From contig NOWV01000181.1 in assembly GCA_003344405.1 (NCBI GenBank), positions 138,001-158,802 on the forward strand: a stretch of 20,802 nucleotides of DNA, written 5' to 3'. Both the position numbers and the translations under genes were made by a program. The notes below the pieces were generated by a model. It saw nothing but the letters and a program-made list of their open reading frames with translations, did no database searches and was not told the DNA's origin. Source of the DNA: Trichoplax sp. H2 (Eukaryota). Positions 1 to 9,868 of this stretch are shown here, piece by piece (the stretch's first letter is position 1; the number at the start of each line of letters is the position of its first letter).

Positions 1-84
1 AGAGAGATGTAAATAGATATGTATATATATTATATATGAGTATATATACATATATATAGAGAGAGAGAGAGAGAGAAAGAGAGG
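1..84. repeat. Compound microsatellite, (TA/AT)n interrupted, followed by (GA)n (gagagagagagagagaaagagagg)
   Basis: Direct reading: tatatatattatatatgagtatatatacatatatatagagagagagagagagaaagagagg. Simple-sequence repeats of this kind are typical of eukaryotic intergenic DNA. Confidence 0.9.
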
Positions 85-499
85 ATAAATTTCTATTATA
101 GAACCGAACCGTTAGCAAGTCTAGTTGTTGGCACTTTGCTGATTTTGAAAATTGGATGGCACCAGAGGCTGCAGTCATCTCCAGTGTAATCGTTGAGCCA
201 TGCAGAGATAGAATAGGAGATAGAATATGAGTAGCAAGCTGTCCAAAAAGACGAGCGTTGCTCAGGTCAAATCCAATCATAGCTTATTCACTGATAGGAT
301 TTGACTAGAAAATAGAGGCATGTATACTACAGTAGATAGTCATTTGGAGGAGGATCGAGCCTCGCGTAGGCCAAATCCAGTACTTTCAAGATCTGATAGT
401 AAACACTATAGCACGTTCCATACTATACTTGAATGTCTATAGACAATCCAGTCGACACCAGTCAGTCCATTCAAATCCACACCAGCCGCTGTCGTCTAG

Positions 500-504
500 C
501 CAAT
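500..504 (+). promoter_or_regulatory. Candidate CCAAT box (agCCAATcag, NF-Y-type consensus) about 110 bp upstream of a TATA-like element, in the CDK8 5' flank
   Basis: Sequence gtctagCCAATCAGagatc; CCAATCAG is the canonical NF-Y core. Position is about 425 bp upstream of the CDK8 ATG. No functional evidence. Confidence 0.25.
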
Positions 505-610
505 CAGAGATCAGCTGCCAATCTGCCGTCTGACGATCGACTAGTATGTATCAAACATCGACGTGGTTGCATACACATTCCAGTTAAATTAGGCCACAAA
601 AATAAGCTCG

Positions 611-617
611 TATAAAA
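611..617 (+). promoter_or_regulatory. Candidate TATA box (cgTATAAAAatc) of the CDK8 gene
   Basis: TATAAAA lies about 110 bp downstream of the CCAAT motif and about 310 bp upstream of the ATG at 926. No transcript-start evidence is available; a 5' UTR intron cannot be excluded. Confidence 0.25.
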
Positions 618-872
618 ATCTCCAAATGATCCATTGATCGCACTAGACTGCTAACGAAAATCTTCTCCATTAGCGGCCTTGGCAGGCGTTCTTCTTGCTC
701 ATTTTCACTTCATTTGTGGCATTTTTGCCTTGTTTTACTTATTGTAGGAGAGCGATACAATCCGATTGGTATTAAGAAAGCATTGAGTCATCTTTTTCAA
801 CCCATTTGGACTCTATGTACCCTGTAGGATTGAGTTGATTGAGAAGTGAAGAGGAAATTAACCCTTGAAAGG

Positions 873-893
873 CAACAACAACAACAACAACAA
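873..893 (+). repeat. (CAA)7 trinucleotide microsatellite in the presumed 5' UTR, about 33 nt upstream of the CDK8 start codon
   Basis: Direct reading: ggCAACAACAACAACAACAACAAcc. On the minus strand this is (TTG)n, which explains the CCCCCCC run in the spurious 797..1027 minus ORF. Confidence 0.9.
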
Positions 894-925
894 CCTTCGA
901 CATCGGCAAGCGTTGTAGGTTGAAA

Positions 926-3900
926 ATGGATCCTGAATTTAAGAATCGTCTTGAAAAGAAACGCCGTAAAGTCCAAGATACCTTTGAATTTGAAGGATGT
1001 AAAGTTGGACGGGGTACTTATGGCCATGTTTATAAGGCCAAGATGAAAAGCAGGTAAACATGAAGACGATGCAATCGTCCTATCCTATAGCCAACCAATT
1101 TTCCTTCCATGGCTACTTTCTCCGTTCATAGTCGATACATTCCGTCAATAATAAATAATAATAATAATAATAATTAAAAAAGAGCGCTTAAAAAAAGGAC
1201 GGTCGATAGCATGATTTTAAAGTGTATCCATCTACCGTGCTTATTCCATCGGTATGATGCCAACAAAAGAGTCTTTTTCTTGCTGACAAGGAAGGAGTTT
1301 TTTCCAACGAGTTGCACAGTGTTGAAGATCCAATCGCTTGACATTGATAGCATGTTGTGACCAATAAATGTAATTTCTTTTTTATCGGATGGATAGTGGC
1401 AAGGAATATGCCTTGAAATTAATCGAAGGAAGTGGTATTTCCATGTCGGCCTGCCGTGAAATTGCTGTAAGTCATGACAACGTTGAATCATACTTTGAAA
1501 ACCGACCGTAGTCAATTTAATTTGTATTAGTAATGCATGACTTCAAGCATGATGCTGTTAACCAAGTTGTCATCTCGACTATTTCTTCCTTTTCTATTAC
1601 ATCCTTAGTTATTGCGAGAAGTCCATCATCCCAACGTCATCTCATTACAAGGAGTATTTCTAACTCATACCAATCGAAAAGTTTGGTTACTATTCGATTT
1701 TGCCGAGCATGATTTATGGGTAAGACAGGATGAACTAATCGAGTAGAGCCCAGGATAGCATAGCTCTTTCTACGATCATGTAATCGTTCTAGTTTGTCAA
1801 GAGCCATCTACGAAGGCCCAACGACAGTGCCTGCATGCAAATTTCGACTCGTTCTAGTCTAAAATACCCCAGATAAATACTTAACCATAATCTAGAATTC
1901 ACTAGTCGAATCCACAAGCAATTTTATGCATGACCTACATTCATCGCAAACAAATATTATGCCTGACCAAGACAGTCATGATCTTTTGCTAATTTTTCAT
2001 CCTATCTTTGACGTCCTGTTGCAATCCATCTTGCCACTGTCATTTATCATCTTCCTCATGAATATTCCGTTAATGCTTGTAATAGTATTTGTTATCATTG
2101 ACAGCGACCAAAGTATCCCTTTTTCGTTACATTCCTCGCTTCTAGTCATACCAAAAGTTTTCCATCGCTTTATTTGCTTCTAGGAATGCCCAGCTTTCCT
2201 TGACTAAATTGTAACAAATGAAGTAAAGAATACCAAACGTTGCTTCCCTTATTTTATAGGATTCTAAAAACTCGATCAATTGTGACTACATTCCAAACAG
2301 GAACTCATTTTATTACCATCATTAAATCAGCTGCAATAGCAATAACTGCTCACCTTGTCCTTGAATTAGTTCGGGCGCCATTTAATAACCAAGATTGTGA
2401 CCACGTTACGTTCCACATAGTCAGTGATTGCATCCATCAAAGACCTACAGAGGCAATTAACGTCCTTAGTCGTATCATCCATTTCATTTGGAAATGAAAT
2501 GGATGAATCTTCAAGTTCACAAACTAATCCTTGTGTCATGACATTCCATGAGTAAGCATACTTGTTAACTAGTAACTTGCACAGTTGTTGCAAAAGTATC
2601 TTAGCATAATAGATGCTGTAATCGTTGTTGATGAACGCTCTAGTAAAAATGCCTTAATTCGGTTAGACGCTAATCTCCAAAGAAATGTGTAGAAATGGAT
2701 TATCTTCTCCACTGAATATTGTATTAATATTACTTGTCTTTATTTGTCATGATGTATAGCACATCATCAAATATCATCGATCGAAAGCAGGTGATAAAGC
2801 AATCTCTCTCGATTCCAAAATGGTCAAATCTTTACTAAAGCAGATTTTAGAAGGGATACACTATTTACATGCCAATTGGATTTTACATCGTGATTTGGTA
2901 AGTTTGCTATAGTACGGCATAGGAAATCAATTCGTTCACAACGATGCTCTTTCTGTAACATAATATTCGATTGCATTGAAATAAGAAACCGGCCAATATT
3001 CTCGTCATGGGCGAAGGACCAGAAAGAGGAAGAGTCAAAATTGGTAATAAAGTGGAACTTATCAAGTACTTTGTACCAGTAAATTGTCTTTCTCAGCCTT
3101 GTTTTAATAACTACTGTCCGTATTGATCATAACAGCCGACATGGGATTTGCAAGACATTACTGGTCGCCTTTGAAACCCCTTGCCGAGCTAGATCCAGTC
3201 GTAGTGACATCTTGGTATCGAGCTCCTGAATTACTCCTGGGTGCAAGGCATTATACTAAAGCAATCGGTAAATTGATATAGCAGGTTTTGAGCTCTCTAA
3301 TTATAATCAGTAACTAGCTATTCATTAAAAGTTGATAATTGCATCGTAATACTGCTCACGCTACTCATCATAAATTGATTTCATAATCTGTTGTTCATTT
3401 TCTTCAACGACTGCAACCACTGTTAATGCGCTTACCTTTGAAATAGTTCTTATCGATTGCTTCCAATATCATTCACTTCCATTATCATATTCTTTTGTAG
3501 ACATTTGGGCTATAGGCTGTATTTTTGCTGAATTGCTTACTTCAGAGCCGATTTTTCATTGTCGACAAGAGGATTTTAAAACGAGCAACCCTTATCATCG
3601 CGATCAATTGGAAAGAATCTTTATGGTCATGGGATATCCGCATGGTATAACTTTTAAAATTGTTCTGAATTAAAATCAAAACAAATTTGCCATGTAGCTA
3701 TGTTTTTGAGTTGTGCTTATCCATGCATTAAATAACTATAGAAAAGGATTGGGAAGATATAAAAAAGACACCAAACTATGCTAAATTAGCGTCTGACTTT
3801 AGAAAAATTTCGTATGTCTAAAATCGATAGAATTCGAAATGAATAATTGTTGATATTGATTCTATGGTCCTTCTAATGCCTATTGCTATTTTCAAATTAA

Positions 3901-4876
3901 GGACGTACACAAATTGTAGTTTGGCAAAATACATGGATAAATTTAAGATTAAGCAAGACAGTAAAGAATTTATACTGGTTAGTTCATCCTATTCTATATT
4001 TTGTTTAGCCATATCTGGCTGATTATGAGATGTTTTGTCAACAATTTTCTCTCCCATAGCTTCAAAAATGCCTAACAATTGATCCAAATAAGAGAATATC
4101 GTCTGAACAAGCCATTGATGATGCATACTTTCGCGAAGAACCACTACCAACGGAAGAGTAAGTATAGTGACTAATTGGTAAATTTCTACTGCGTTCAAAA
4201 CAGTTGATGTTGTCGAATTGGCTATAGCGTATTTGATCACAAAACAATTCCATATCCGAAAAGAGAATTCCTAAATGAGGATGACAATGAAGACAAGGGT
4301 GATAAGCATAAGGTATATTGCGATGGCGTAGATTATATATATTAAACACTTTATGACATATCAGCGGTTGGTTGTGAAATAGAAATGATTTGTTATACAA
4401 GCATAAGGATGTCTTTATTACTGTGACTTAAAGTTAATTTTATGGAAATGTAATATCCTATTCCCAGATAATCTTCATTATACGTTCCTGTTTATTCATA
4501 GAATAAAAAGATGGAAGCTACCACTACTCATAATGTTAACATGGATAACATGATCCATAACAGGTCGCATCAACAACAACGAATGAATAACGCCTATTCT
4601 GCAAAGCGTGCGCTGCCAACAAATCCAGTGGCAAATTACCAGCGGCAGCAAGCAACTCATATGGCTGTTACCGCTAATAAAGGGAATTATAGTTCAGGTA
4701 GCAGTTTACTTCAACTGTTATTAGCATCAAATTACTATAAGTTCTTAAGTGTCAATCACTTATTACTCACCTTGACCCGTGATATTATCGGACTTATTTT
4801 CATGTCTAGTTTAATTTACTTTTTCATTTTTCCTATATGGATACTTATACTAAAGATAAATATAACGTCATTGTAA
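926..4876 (+). CDS. CDK8: Cyclin-dependent kinase 8 (CDK8/CDK19 family, Mediator kinase module) ortholog, 12 coding exons. Exons (phase-checked, GT-AG): 926..1053, 1397..1466, 1609..1719, 2760..2897, 2986..3043, 3136..3267, 3501..3644, 3742..3811, 3902..3977, 4060..4157, 4228..4312, 4502..(4697 or 4876). The 3' end is uncertain.
   Basis: Spliced translation: [382 protein letters not shown]... This matches human CDK8 nearly residue for residue. Conserved motifs include the [15 protein letters not shown] glycine loop, the [13 protein letters not shown] cyclin-binding helix (CDK8-specific), HRDLKPANILV, KIADMGFAR and [10 protein letters not shown]. All splice junctions conserve reading frame and have GT donors and AG acceptors. 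The last exon reads through into hydrophobic low-complexity sequence after ...[25 protein letters not shown] donor at 4698 (tcag|gtagca) suggests the true CDS may splice to a short terminal exon instead of running to the TAA at 4877. Confidence 0.9.
1147..1174. repeat. (TAA/ATA)n microsatellite inside CDK8 intron 1
   Basis: Direct reading: caataataaataataataataataataatt. Confidence 0.85.
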
Positions 4877-6249
4877 TTGACTTGGTAGTGAATAATATCA
4901 TTTCTTATTCGAGCGTGGTATTGTGCAGTAATTAGAAATTGTAAACAATTTTTTAATTATAGCTAACAAAAATAACAAGATGTTTAATGACTGCAAAAAG
5001 ATGAAGGGGTATGCGAAATAACATCCATGTCGAACTAATTTCAATCGAACGCGTAAAAGACACTTTATTCTATGACATAACTTTATTGGAGCTCTGCTTC
5101 AAGTTGTGTATACTACTATTTCGAGTAGTTGTAATTTTGATGTAAATGCAAGGCATAGTTGCTCCGGATTGCCTTTACAGTAACAAGATTAATCAGAAAT
5201 TCTGCCTCGTATAGAATAAGCTATCCAATTTTTCAGGTCCTCAATAACATTGTATAAATTTACTGAATCTGCAATCCAATATGTTATAAATGAACTATAA
5301 GCTTTGTGTACAAATAGTCGTTTACCTTTTAGTATTAGCAAAACGATATTATGAATGACAAGGTAAGCGTAGTTGCGCCAAGGATAAACCTGTGAATACG
5401 GTGTAAATGGATTATGAGACCTCTTTGATAGCAAAATTAGGATCCCTCGTTTATTGTATTATAAGTAATCTGTCTGGTATATATGTAATAATACTGTCTA
5501 ATTGGCGCTCCTAAATATGTCATGTGTTTAAAGTATTCCAATAAGCGATACGAAATGAGTCAGTATCGTATTTCGTATTGTAAGCGAACAACTGCAATAC
5601 TTTGTGCTCAATATCGACTGGTCATTGGCGGATATCCTGCAATACCTTAATCAAAATTATAATGGTAGACATGACTGACATTAGCCAACTGCACTGATCA
5701 TGTTAGATTGCCTTCTCTATAATTTTAATGAAGTCAGTGTCGTTAGTTTGTAAATATTTGCTGTTAAATGATGCTTTATTGCGTTGGTACGTATCAAGCA
5801 AACGGTACATGCACAGTTTTAGGAATTCTCTACTAGAATCCTGATGGTGTTAATATTCTTCATCCTTAGCCTCATTGAAAAATATCCTATACACCTTTGA
5901 CTGAAATAAAATTATAATTGCGAATTGAATTGCTATTTGCTGTAATGCAAGATGTGTGTTTAGGTCGCACATATCGGCTAAATTATCATCGTTTATTCTT
6001 TATTGGATAATTAGCTGTGCAATCTAATTTCTAAAGATAGCAAAATCTTTTTAGCAATGATAGTTGGCAGAGTAGAAAAACTTGACCTAATCAATAACTC
6101 GTTACTTATGGTTACGGTAGATATAGATCGAAAGAGTACTTTAATTTGAAGATTGATCGTTTACTTCAGTATTAATAAAAAACATCTCGATTCAAACGAA
6201 AATAACGTTACGATATATAGTTTCATTGCGAGTAACGTAATCGCAAATA

Positions 6250-7035
6250 TGAAATAGTCTAAATTGTTAGCCAATACCATCTGCTTAGAGGCTTAAGTAA
6301 ATCTATACAATGTACTTTTAAAGCAATAAGAAGAATCTTAAAATCCAACCGCAAGTTGTATATGTAATTTAATAAATGAGGTATATGAGATACTTGTACT
6401 CTAATTGTAACAAATGCTATCTAATGGATAGAGATAACGTATGCTTTGTATTTAAAGCTAAACATTATTAAACATATTCCGGGTAAAATTGCGCATTATT
6501 AATTAACTATAAATTCTAAATGGTCTACGGCTGTATCACGTTAAATTAGCAAGATGTGCGATGGCCTTACAGCGTAATATTGTTATGACGGAGTTTTAGC
6601 AGTATTCGAATTAATGGCATAGTCTTATAAATACTGTTAGCCAATACTATATGCTTAGGGGACTAAGCTCATTGGTGCAGTGCACTTTCAATGGCATTGA
6701 AAGAATCCCCAAAGTCAATGCCAAATTGTATATCTTACTAGCTATCAAATAATTATCGAATGTTTGTGAGTAAAATCTAAATGCTAATTATATGAGACAC
6801 TTGTACTCCAACTATAGCAATACGATGGAAAGCAAAGTAGCGATAGCGCATGATTTTACTTAAAGCTAACGTTATGAATTTTACTCGAGGTCAAATTGTA
6901 TATTAGTCATTCTAAATTCTAAAAAGCCTACAGCTGCAGTACATGAAAACCAGCACGAGATACTGTGCGGTATAATAACATTACAACTAAATATTGCCAT
7001 GACGTAATTTTAAACAGAGTCCTAATTAATGACCT
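6250..7035. repeat. Diverged tandem duplication, unit about 370-400 bp, two copies (about 6265..6634 and 6635..7033), in the spacer between CDK8 and CUB gene A
   Basis: Unit 1 begins tgttagccaataccatctgcttagaggcttaagtaaatc...gaggtatatgagatacttgtactctaattgtaacaaatgctatc...ctaaatggtctacggctgtatcacg...cgtaatattgttatgacggagttttagcagtattcgaattaatggc. Unit 2 begins tgttagccaatactatatgcttaggggactaagctcattgg...aattatatgagacacttgtactccaactatagcaatacgatgg...ctaaaaagcctacagctgcagtacatg...taacattacaactaaatattgccatgacgtaattttaaacagagtcctaattaatgac. The two units share collinear blocks with indels, roughly 70-75% identity by eye. Confidence 0.75.
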
Positions 7036-7155
7036 AAATAATTCCATATGTTTTCCTGGACAGTTTTGATATTGGACGCCTTCTATTATATATGGTAAGT
7101 CAACTCAATCCGTAGTCGGCAGTAATACAGGTTTTAAAAGTCGTTCTACAGATAG

Positions 7156-7168
7156 TATATATATATAG
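7156..7168 (+). promoter_or_regulatory. TATA-like element (gTATATATATATAg) about 95-105 bp upstream of the CUB gene A start codon
   Basis: Sequence agatagtatatatatatagtctttcc. Position is consistent with a core promoter if the 5' UTR is about 70 nt. It could equally be just a (TA)n microsatellite. Confidence 0.2.
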
Positions 7169-7261
7169 TCTTTCCACTTAGCAAGAGAGAGTCATTTTAT
7201 TCCGTCATTAAGCTCCATTTTAACGAAATAATACAAGTCCACTCGTTATTATTATATTAAA

Positions 7262-9821
7262 ATGAATTCAAAGGCAGTCAGTATGAGTATAACATTAACA
7301 ATCTTTCTAACAGGAACTTTTTGTTTCCCTACAGCAATAGGTGAGAATGAGAATTCAGTAATCCTGTAGAAATACGCTATCCAAATTGGAATGCTGTTAA
7401 GAATGCCATATAAGGTTGATAATGACGACGCATTAATAATCTGCTTGGAATTTCTTTTTAGCTCAATGCGATATCGCATTAAATTTCACCAAAGGAGAAT
7501 TTCACTCCATTGATTATCCTCAACATTATCCTGCTAAAAAATGTTCTTATACTATTCAAGCTCCTTCCGGTTATCATATTATATTGAATTGGCAAAGTTT
7601 TCACGTAGGATTGCCGAAGCAAAATGATCGCTGTCCCAGCGATGAAGTTGCAGTTTATAATGGCCGAATTAGTTTACACCAAGGCCGAGTAACAATGTGC
7701 GGCTATGATGGAGAAAGTGTTACATCAAGTGGAAATATTTTAACAGTGGTTTTATCTGGCTACAGCAATCGAAGGTATACAGGATTTCTGGCTAAATATT
7801 TCATAGGTAAGTTATTTTAATCCTCATAACGATATACACACTTGTAAGTATTTGGCCTTTCATTTCGTTTTGGAAGCATTGATGATTGCTTTGAAACAAA
7901 GACTGAGTATATTTAAGTTCATTTACATTTAATATTTCTAATATACGTATCAATGCAGAAGGGTGTGGGGTTTTTCGTATGGATTTTCTGTATTGTGAGC
8001 TGTACCCCTCTCGTTTTACAAGATACTGGAAATTTAACAAATCAGATATATTTTATAAAACGGCTATTCTATAAGCTACACATACTGGTATATACGACTA
8101 CAGAATTTTTAGAGTTACATCACATAAATTGATGAACAATTTTGCGAAATGTAGCCATAATTAGCTAGAAACTGTGAGAATTACATTAATTCAAATTGTT
8201 CGACTTTCTAATGGTTGTTGTTATAGTCAATGAACCAAATATAAGGCCATTGAATATGTGATAGCTATCAGTACTTGATCTGAACCTTAATAGCAATGGC
8301 AATCCTTTCAGTATAACAGTCTCTATTTATCCATTTATGAATGATTTTTAAGTTACTATTTAATTATCTTCTCTGACAAATTAACAAGAGCTTCATGAAC
8401 AAATTCCAGAAATGATTTCGGCCATGCTCTATAGTAAATCCGGCCTTCAGTAAAATGATATTACTAATCTTCTTAGTATGCAATTTCTAAGAAGATTCAG
8501 CTTAACTTTTCCCTTAAACATAACCACAATTGAAATAGTATTGCATAGATAGATAATAATTATTAGACTGCATTACATAGTTTAAATCGGTAACAATAAA
8601 GCGGATAATGCCGATCTGGTCTATTATGACTATCCCTTGCTTCACTGCTTTGGGTTATTTACACAGAGTAGTTTATAAATAATAATTGAGATTTACAGAG
8701 CCTCGTACATAATTGAAATATTTGTAATGAAGCGTCGGTTCGTTATATATTACAGGTACCGTAATCTCCTAATTAACAGTATTTACTATAGCAATATACG
8801 GTAGCAATTTAGGCGTAATAATTTCAGTATTTGCTAAACTGCATATCAACTTAATTCGGGTTTCAGTTAGCCTAAGCAAGATTTAGTACAAATTCGAGGA
8901 TAATACAAATACTGTACTAAATTTCGAATTGTTTTTTTTAACTTTATTTCAGAACGCATTAAATGTGCTAGTATGACCATAACAACAGATATTGGAATGC
9001 TTTCTGGCCCGCTAGCTTATCCTTGGGATTGCCTATATACGATACAGCTGGCTTCAAATCGAAATGTTAACTTTGAGTTATTGCATCATAACGTTTCATT
9101 GCGATCTAGCCAGTCCGCCTGCCTATCTTACGTTGCACTATACATTAACAATTTCACACCCAAGAACGAAATCTATCAGTTTTGCTTTGATCATATGTTT
9201 CCTCCTATGTATTCTTCGAGTTCCAATATCGCATTTGTACGATTTCGTAGTAAGGAGCAGCAAAATCCATTCTACGGGCTAACGGTCTTATATCGCTCAC
9301 GTAAGTTGAAAGTTCAATTGCAGCAAAAGGTGCCATATTTATTCTCTAGTATTGTACGTATATAATATGCATAATTTTGAAGTTATAACTACAGGAATTT
9401 TTCAATAATTCAATTTCATTGGCTATTAAATGAGATATAGAATAAAGTATAAAAGTAAAATTCTGATACATTTGTACAAGCAAAACCTCACAGCTATAGA
9501 AATTTAGTACAGTGTATTTTATTGAATTATTTATTTAAAGCTCAAAATGACATTTTCTTGTGCGTTGCTATTATTACTAGCTCTACACTTTGATAGCATA
9601 ATCCACTAATTATTGCTATTGCTTTTGTAGATTTTGTTACTCATTCTTCTCCTACAAAAAAAACATCGGTGCCAGAACATAACATAGCTGTTAGAATTGT
9701 CTTAATCATAGCTATAGCATCAGTAGCATTGACCGCTATTTGCTGCTCTGGATATCATGGGCGAAAATACTACAACAGACGTATTGAAAATCCTGAAGAA
9801 GTAGAGCCACTACAGCAATGA
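7262..9821 (+). CDS. Type-I membrane protein with signal peptide, two CUB domains, one TM helix and a short basic cytoplasmic tail (about 320 aa). Exons: 7262..7340 (signal peptide), 7462..7806 (CUB1, 345 nt), 8953..9300 (CUB2, 348 nt), 9631..9821 (TM plus tail, stop TGA 9819..9821). All introns are phase 1.
   Basis: Exon 1 MNSKAVSMSITLTIFLTGTFCFPTAI(A) is a hydrophobic signal peptide with donor gtgaga. Exon 2 AQCDIALNFTKGEFHSIDYPQHYPAKKCSYTIQAPSGYHIILNWQSFHVGLPKQNDRCPSDEVAVYNGRISLHQGRVTMCGYDGESVTSSGNILTVVLSGYSNRRYTGFLAKYFI has the CUB signature: four Cys in C-x25-C...C-x19-C spacing, YP motif, VYNG, CG, GF..Y. Exon 3 ERIKCASMTITTDIGMLSGPLAYPWDCLYTIQLASNRNVNFELLHHNVSLRSSQSACLSYVALYINNFTPKNEIYQFCFDHMFPPMYSSSSNIAFVRFRSKEQQNPFYGLTVLYRS is a second CUB. 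Exon 4 HFVTHSSPTKKTSVPEHNIAVRIVLIIAIASVALTAICCSGYHGRKYYNRRIENPEEVEPLQQ* has a 21-residue hydrophobic TM followed by a basic stop-transfer. Acceptors are tttttag, atttcag and ttttgtag; donors are gtaagt. Frames were verified against the ORF track (7584 and 8973 ORFs are in frame). Confidence 0.8.
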
Positions 9822-9862
9822 GTGACAATAGCTATAGCTCTAGAGATGCGAGAAATTTTAAC

Positions 9863-9868
9863 AATAAA
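9863..9868 (+). promoter_or_regulatory. Candidate polyadenylation signal AATAAA 42 nt downstream of the gene A stop codon
   Basis: Sequence ttttaacAATAAAgaaagg. Canonical hexamer at a plausible distance, but AT-rich DNA generates such hexamers by chance. Confidence 0.3.

Noticed and set aside
153-230. Short ORF MAPEAAVISSVIVEPCRDRIGDRI upstream of the CDK8 promoter
   Set aside because: Only 24 codons with no motif. It could be a fragment of an upstream gene's exon, but nothing supports that.
433-615. 60-aa ORF on + strand upstream of CDK8
   Set aside because: No recognisable domain. It overlaps the proposed CCAAT/TATA promoter region. This is a typical chance ORF in eukaryotic non-coding DNA.
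797-1027. 76-aa minus-strand ORF containing a CCCCCCC run
   Set aside because: It is the antisense of the CDK8 5' UTR (CAA)7 repeat and exon 1. The poly-Cys is the translated TTG/CAA microsatellite.
1174-2593. Several ORFs (1174..1515 minus, 1926..2183 plus, 2240..2497 plus, 2366..2593 minus)
   Set aside because: All lie inside CDK8 introns 1-3 or are antisense to exon 2. They are hydrophobic or low-complexity translations of AT-rich intron sequence.
3989-4400. Minus-strand ORFs of 83 and 112 aa
   Set aside because: They are antisense to CDK8 exons 10-11 and the intervening intron; the sense strand carries a strongly conserved kinase sequence.
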